Positions 55,570 to 58,800 of a DNA stretch of 58,800 bases are shown one piece after another. Every line of letters begins with the position of its first letter. Position 1 is the first letter of the stretch. Position numbers and translations under genes: made by a program. The stretch is from an uncultured virus (IMG/VR IMGVR_UViG_3300009104_000005). Its lineage: Duplodnaviria; Heunggongvirae; Uroviricota; Caudoviricetes. The notes under the pieces were generated by a model that saw nothing but the letters and a program-made list of their open reading frames with translations, made no database searches and was not told the DNA's origin. Location of the stretch: IMG/VR virus record IMGVR_UViG_3300009104_000005. One strand, given 5' to 3'.

Positions 55570-56555
55570 GTGGTTTCAAGAATCTAAAGGACAAAGAGGT
55601 AGAGGACGCTAAAGTCACCAAAGAGATACTACAAGGGGGACCTCCGGGGGGTATGAGTCCTGTGCAAGAGCAGAAGGCTAAGCAGTATCGAGGCGACGAA
55701 TACTTCGCTGAGGAGGTAGCGCCTATCACTGGCGAGTTCGGTGGTATAGTAGGTGACGATGGAACCTGCAAAACCGCCATAATCCTGAACAGCATACCTG
55801 AGGGTGAAGCCTGTGTCATCATAGATTTCGATGGTGGCGGAGCATCCCTTAGGGACGCCTTCTACAAGCATAGGAGGTCAGACTTCAAGTCGGTTAATCC
55901 ATGGGTGATGCAGGACGAGGCTCGAACCGCCTACAACTACCCTGCTACACACGACAAAGTGATGGAAATAGGGAGGGAGTCCCTAAATTGGGCTAGGGAC
56001 CAACTAGAACCTGGCTACAAGGGCCAGAGGCTGAATACAGTCCTAGTGACTGCTACAGACCTTTGGGACTCGGTAGCAATGGCCTGTATGTTCATCGAGG
56101 ACCTAGGCACTGCTCCTGACGGAATTGGTGCTAAAATCAGCCCTCACGAGAAAGTGGGTATGAGGTTCAATTGGCAGATTCGCAGTACGCGCTTTCACCA
56201 ACTAACTTCACTATGTCGAGAATTGACCCGTTTGGGAGTCAATGTGTGGTATGAAACACACTGGCAATACGAACAAAGGGCCGATGGAACTGCTACTGGT
56301 GCTAAGAAGCCAAAATGGGAAAAGCAGACTAGCAATTATCTACATACCATCATAGAGATGAAGAAAACGCAGGTTCGTGACGATGAGGGTTTCCCTACAG
56401 GTGAGACTACCTATGAGGCCACATTTGCCAAGGCTCGTAATCTACCTGAGATGTTGGATAAGACCCGACTGGTGATGAGCACATATGACGACAAGCCACT
56501 GAAGTGGCATGGACTCCCTGAACTTAGTGCCCATCAGAATCCGGTTAAGGGGTGA
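55566..56555 (+). CDS. RecA-fold ATPase, AAA_24/Sak4-like
   Basis: GIVGDDGTCKT Walker A, IIDFDGG, VWYETH, AKAR. Confidence 0.7.
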   Translation: MSGFKNLKDKEVEDAKVTKEILQGGPPGGMSPVQEQKAKQYRGDEYFAEEVAPITGEFGGIVGDDGTCKTAIILNSIPEGEACVIIDFDGGGASLRDAFYKHRRSDFKSVNPWVMQDEARTAYNYPATHDKVMEIGRESLNWARDQLEPGYKGQRLNTVLVTATDLWDSVAMACMFIEDLGTAPDGIGAKISPHEKVGMRFNWQIRSTRFHQLTSLCRELTRLGVNVWYETHWQYEQRADGTATGAKKPKWEKQTSNYLHTIIEMKKTQVRDDEGFPTGETTYEATFAKARNLPEMLDKTRLVMSTYDDKPLKWHGLPELSAHQNPVKG

Positions 56556-56558
56556 TAC

Positions 56559-56564
56559 TATAAA
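56559..56564 (+). promoter_or_regulatory. TATA box upstream of PCNA-polB
   Basis: tataaa in the intergenic gap. Confidence 0.45.
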
Positions 56565-56606
56565 GACTCTAATACACGAGGCTGCGCCAAAATTGGGGGT
56601 AGGCGC

Positions 56607-57362
56607 TTGGCTCGAGTAAATATCGGCAAGGAAGCGCTCCTCGTTCTATTGAACGGCTTTGGGCCTGGGGTGGGGGACCTCAGGCTCGAGGCTCAGGACA
56701 TGTCTCTTACTGGGACTGTTGCACTCAAGACACACATGTTGCACACGAGAGTGAGTGCTGATGTTGAGGACTCAGGTCCAATAGTCATCTCAGACCTAAG
56801 TAAGGTACTGACATTCACCAAGGCTCTACCTAAAGAGTCCATAGTGAGCCTTTACCAGCCTTTGGAGACACCTTTGCGTGTCCTCTCGGGGAACATGGAC
56901 CTCACCCTACCATACAGTGACTATGTGCACTCTAATGTGAGGACAAGTAAGGCTCTGGCTCTCAAGGAGGACAGTGAGCGCGATAACTGGAAGCATTGGG
57001 GAGGGGAGCCTCTGACATGTTATGGTAAGTTGCACACCTCTGACCTCGCACAGGTACAGACTCTTGAGAAGATAGTGGGGAAGAACCACACCATCAACAC
57101 TCGATTCTCTGTGAAAGACAAGACATGGGATATTACTGCAGGTGAGAAGGGGACTGCTAACATGACACTGAGTGTAGACATAGAAGACTGTGCTGGACCA
57201 CCTAGGTCTTGTAAGTCAAGTTTCGGTGGTTGGTTCCCAAGTGTCGTTGATTGTATCCCTTCGGGAGTGGTAGAATTATACACCTCACACAAGTTCGTCC
57301 TGATACTGCGCCACACGGAGAAGGAGCACCTACTAGTTATCTTGGACCAAAGAGGGGATTGA
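56607..57362 (+). CDS. pcna: Sliding clamp (PCNA-like)
   Basis: 251 aa with a clamp-like alternating beta/alpha pattern; sits between RFC and PolB. Confidence 0.6.
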   Translation: MARVNIGKEALLVLLNGFGPGVGDLRLEAQDMSLTGTVALKTHMLHTRVSADVEDSGPIVISDLSKVLTFTKALPKESIVSLYQPLETPLRVLSGNMDLTLPYSDYVHSNVRTSKALALKEDSERDNWKHWGGEPLTCYGKLHTSDLAQVQTLEKIVGKNHTINTRFSVKDKTWDITAGEKGTANMTLSVDIEDCAGPPRSCKSSFGGWFPSVVDCIPSGVVELYTSHKFVLILRHTEKEHLLVILDQRGD

Positions 57363-57449
57363 ATGGATAGAGATTGGGATTGGGCTTTGGTACTACTCGG
57401 TGGAGTAGCCCTTGCCCTGATGATGTGGAATATGAGTGTGGCAATATGA
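57363..57449 (+). CDS. 28-aa TM peptide
   Basis: GAGGGG RBS; WALVLLGGVALALMMW. Confidence 0.45.
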   Translation: MDRDWDWALVLLGGVALALMMWNMSVAI

Positions 57450-57550
57450 AAGTAGTGCATTGCTGGTGTGGTTGGCAAGGAGTTGACACTACTCACTGTC
57501 GTGCGTGCGGCAGAGCGATTGCTCCAAGATGTGATGGGTGTTCAGAATGA
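57446..57550 (+). CDS. 34-aa Cys-rich peptide
   Basis: MKVVHCWCGWQGVDTTHCRACGRAIAPRCDGCSE; ATGA overlaps on both sides. Confidence 0.5.
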   Translation: MKVVHCWCGWQGVDTTHCRACGRAIAPRCDGCSE

Positions 57551-58800
57551 TAGTCGATGATTACTATGAGAGTGGTGAGCAACCCATCATATACTCACGA
57601 TACCGTGACGAGAATGGTGAACTCGTAGAGCACACAGACAGGAGTTACAAGCCATACTTCTGGGTACCAAAGAACTCTCCTGACTTCCAGTTTAGGAGGG
57701 TAATGACTAGATTCCCGGAAAGTAGGGTCATCTATGAGGAACAAGCCACTGGCCTTGATGGCACACCACTGGTGAAAGTAGAGGCAGTATCCCCCTTTGA
57801 GATTACAAGGATGAGGGAACAATTCAGCAAAACATACGAGGCTGATGTTAGATTCACAGACCGCTGGCTGATAGACAATGTCCAAGTCATGCCAGACTGG
57901 AAGCCACGGAAGTGGTGGTTCGACATAGAAGCAGACACCAAGGAGGGGTTCACCACAGTCATCGCTGTGATAGACAGTGACCTAGACATACCAGTGGTAT
58001 TCGCTTGGGCTGACCAGCGCACTAATGTGTGGGACTACATACCTCATGGTGACACCCAAATGAGAATGGCTCGTGATGTAGAGTATGAACTGAGATTCTT
58101 TGATTCTGAGTCTGACCTCCATGAGGCGTTCGTATCATTCATGCGCGAGCGCGACCCCGACATGCTGATTGCACACGCGGGTACATTCTTCGACATACCC
58201 CACCTCATCAACAGGATTCCATATCCTGAGCGAATGAGTCCAGTGGGACAGGTCAGAAGGTTCAGGAAGGGTAAGGATAGATACGACCCAACAGACCAAC
58301 CTATAGTAGGCAGGTGGCAGTTCGATACTGCGGCACAGGCCAGCAGTGGTACAGGATTCGAGCGAGTGTGGAAGGACAGTGGCGGTGGTCAACTACCATC
58401 TCTCAAACTCAACGACATAGCAGAGACGCTAGGTCTAGGTTCCAAACTCACTGAGGACATAGAGGGTATGGATGTCCACAATGGATGGTACGAGTACTGG
58501 GGTGAGTTCGTGGACTACTGCCTACTAGACACCCACCTACTCAGAGGGATAGATGAGGCCAAGAATGTCACTGACTTCTACATACAGATGGTCAGACTCT
58601 GTGGAGTCACTCTACCCTCAGCATGCAATGTGACCAACTTTGCTAGGGGTCTGCTCTCAAGGAGGACAGACAAGAAAGCCCCAAGCAGAGCCAAGGGTGA
58701 CAGTGGAGCACTACGAGGTGCAGAAGTAGGACTGAATCTTGTAACTGGTTTGCATCAAGGCGTTGGGGTGATAGACTACAAGGGTTTGTACCCCTCACTA
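57547..58800 (+). CDS. polB: Family B DNA polymerase (N-terminal part, runs off window)
   Basis: Manual translation: YKPYFW, YEADV, ExoI FDIE, ExoII HAGTFFD, ExoIII YCLLD, motif A VIDYKGLYPS. Not in the ORF track. Confidence 0.95.
   Translation, partial: MIVDDYYESGEQPIIYSRYRDENGELVEHTDRSYKPYFWVPKNSPDFQFRRVMTRFPESRVIYEEQATGLDGTPLVKVEAVSPFEITRMREQFSKTYEADVRFTDRWLIDNVQVMPDWKPRKWWFDIEADTKEGFTTVIAVIDSDLDIPVVFAWADQRTNVWDYIPHGDTQMRMARDVEYELRFFDSESDLHEAFVSFMRERDPDMLIAHAGTFFDIPHLINRIPYPERMSPVGQVRRFRKGKDRYDPTDQPIVGRWQFDTAAQASSGTGFERVWKDSGGGQLPSLKLNDIAETLGLGSKLTEDIEGMDVHNGWYEYWGEFVDYCLLDTHLLRGIDEAKNVTDFYIQMVRLCGVTLPSACNVTNFARGLLSRRTDKKAPSRAKGDSGALRGAEVGLNLVTGLHQGVGVIDYKGLYPSL

Noticed and set aside
57020..58392. 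Minus-strand ORFs over the PCNA/polB region
   Set aside because: Antisense to clear polB and clamp genes.

Overview
This window is a gene-dense part of a large head-tail (Caudoviricetes) archaeal virus genome. The best fit is a magrovirus-like virus of Marine Group II/Poseidoniales, inferred from the archaeal-type PolB, PCNA and RFC genes, a Thermoplasmata-like winged-helix gene and archaeal promoter spacing. There are two divergent arms meeting at an AT-rich junction near 25.35-25.55 kb. The left arm (minus strand) holds packaging and virion genes: a partial portal with Zn-finger insertions that the ORF track missed, a LAGLIDADG-fusion protein, large terminase, a probable small terminase, a 5-gene membrane module built around an Arf-like small GTPase, a ~2,890-aa Zn-finger-rich giant protein, and several unrelated proteins that share a terminal (A/S/W)W-x-x-(L/V/I)-K peptide tag. 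The right arm (plus strand) holds many small early genes, Nudix, HNH, a dikinase-like phosphotransferase next to a CX5R phosphatase, DUF932 and a HARP-SNF2 helicase. It then enters a replication block: an apparently inactivated ATP-ligase, a degenerate LAGLIDADG, RFC, an RPA-like protein, a Sak4/AAA_24-like ATPase, PCNA and a partial PolB that the ORF track also missed. No rRNA, tRNA or CRISPR array was seen. All family assignments come from motif recognition by eye, not from database searches.
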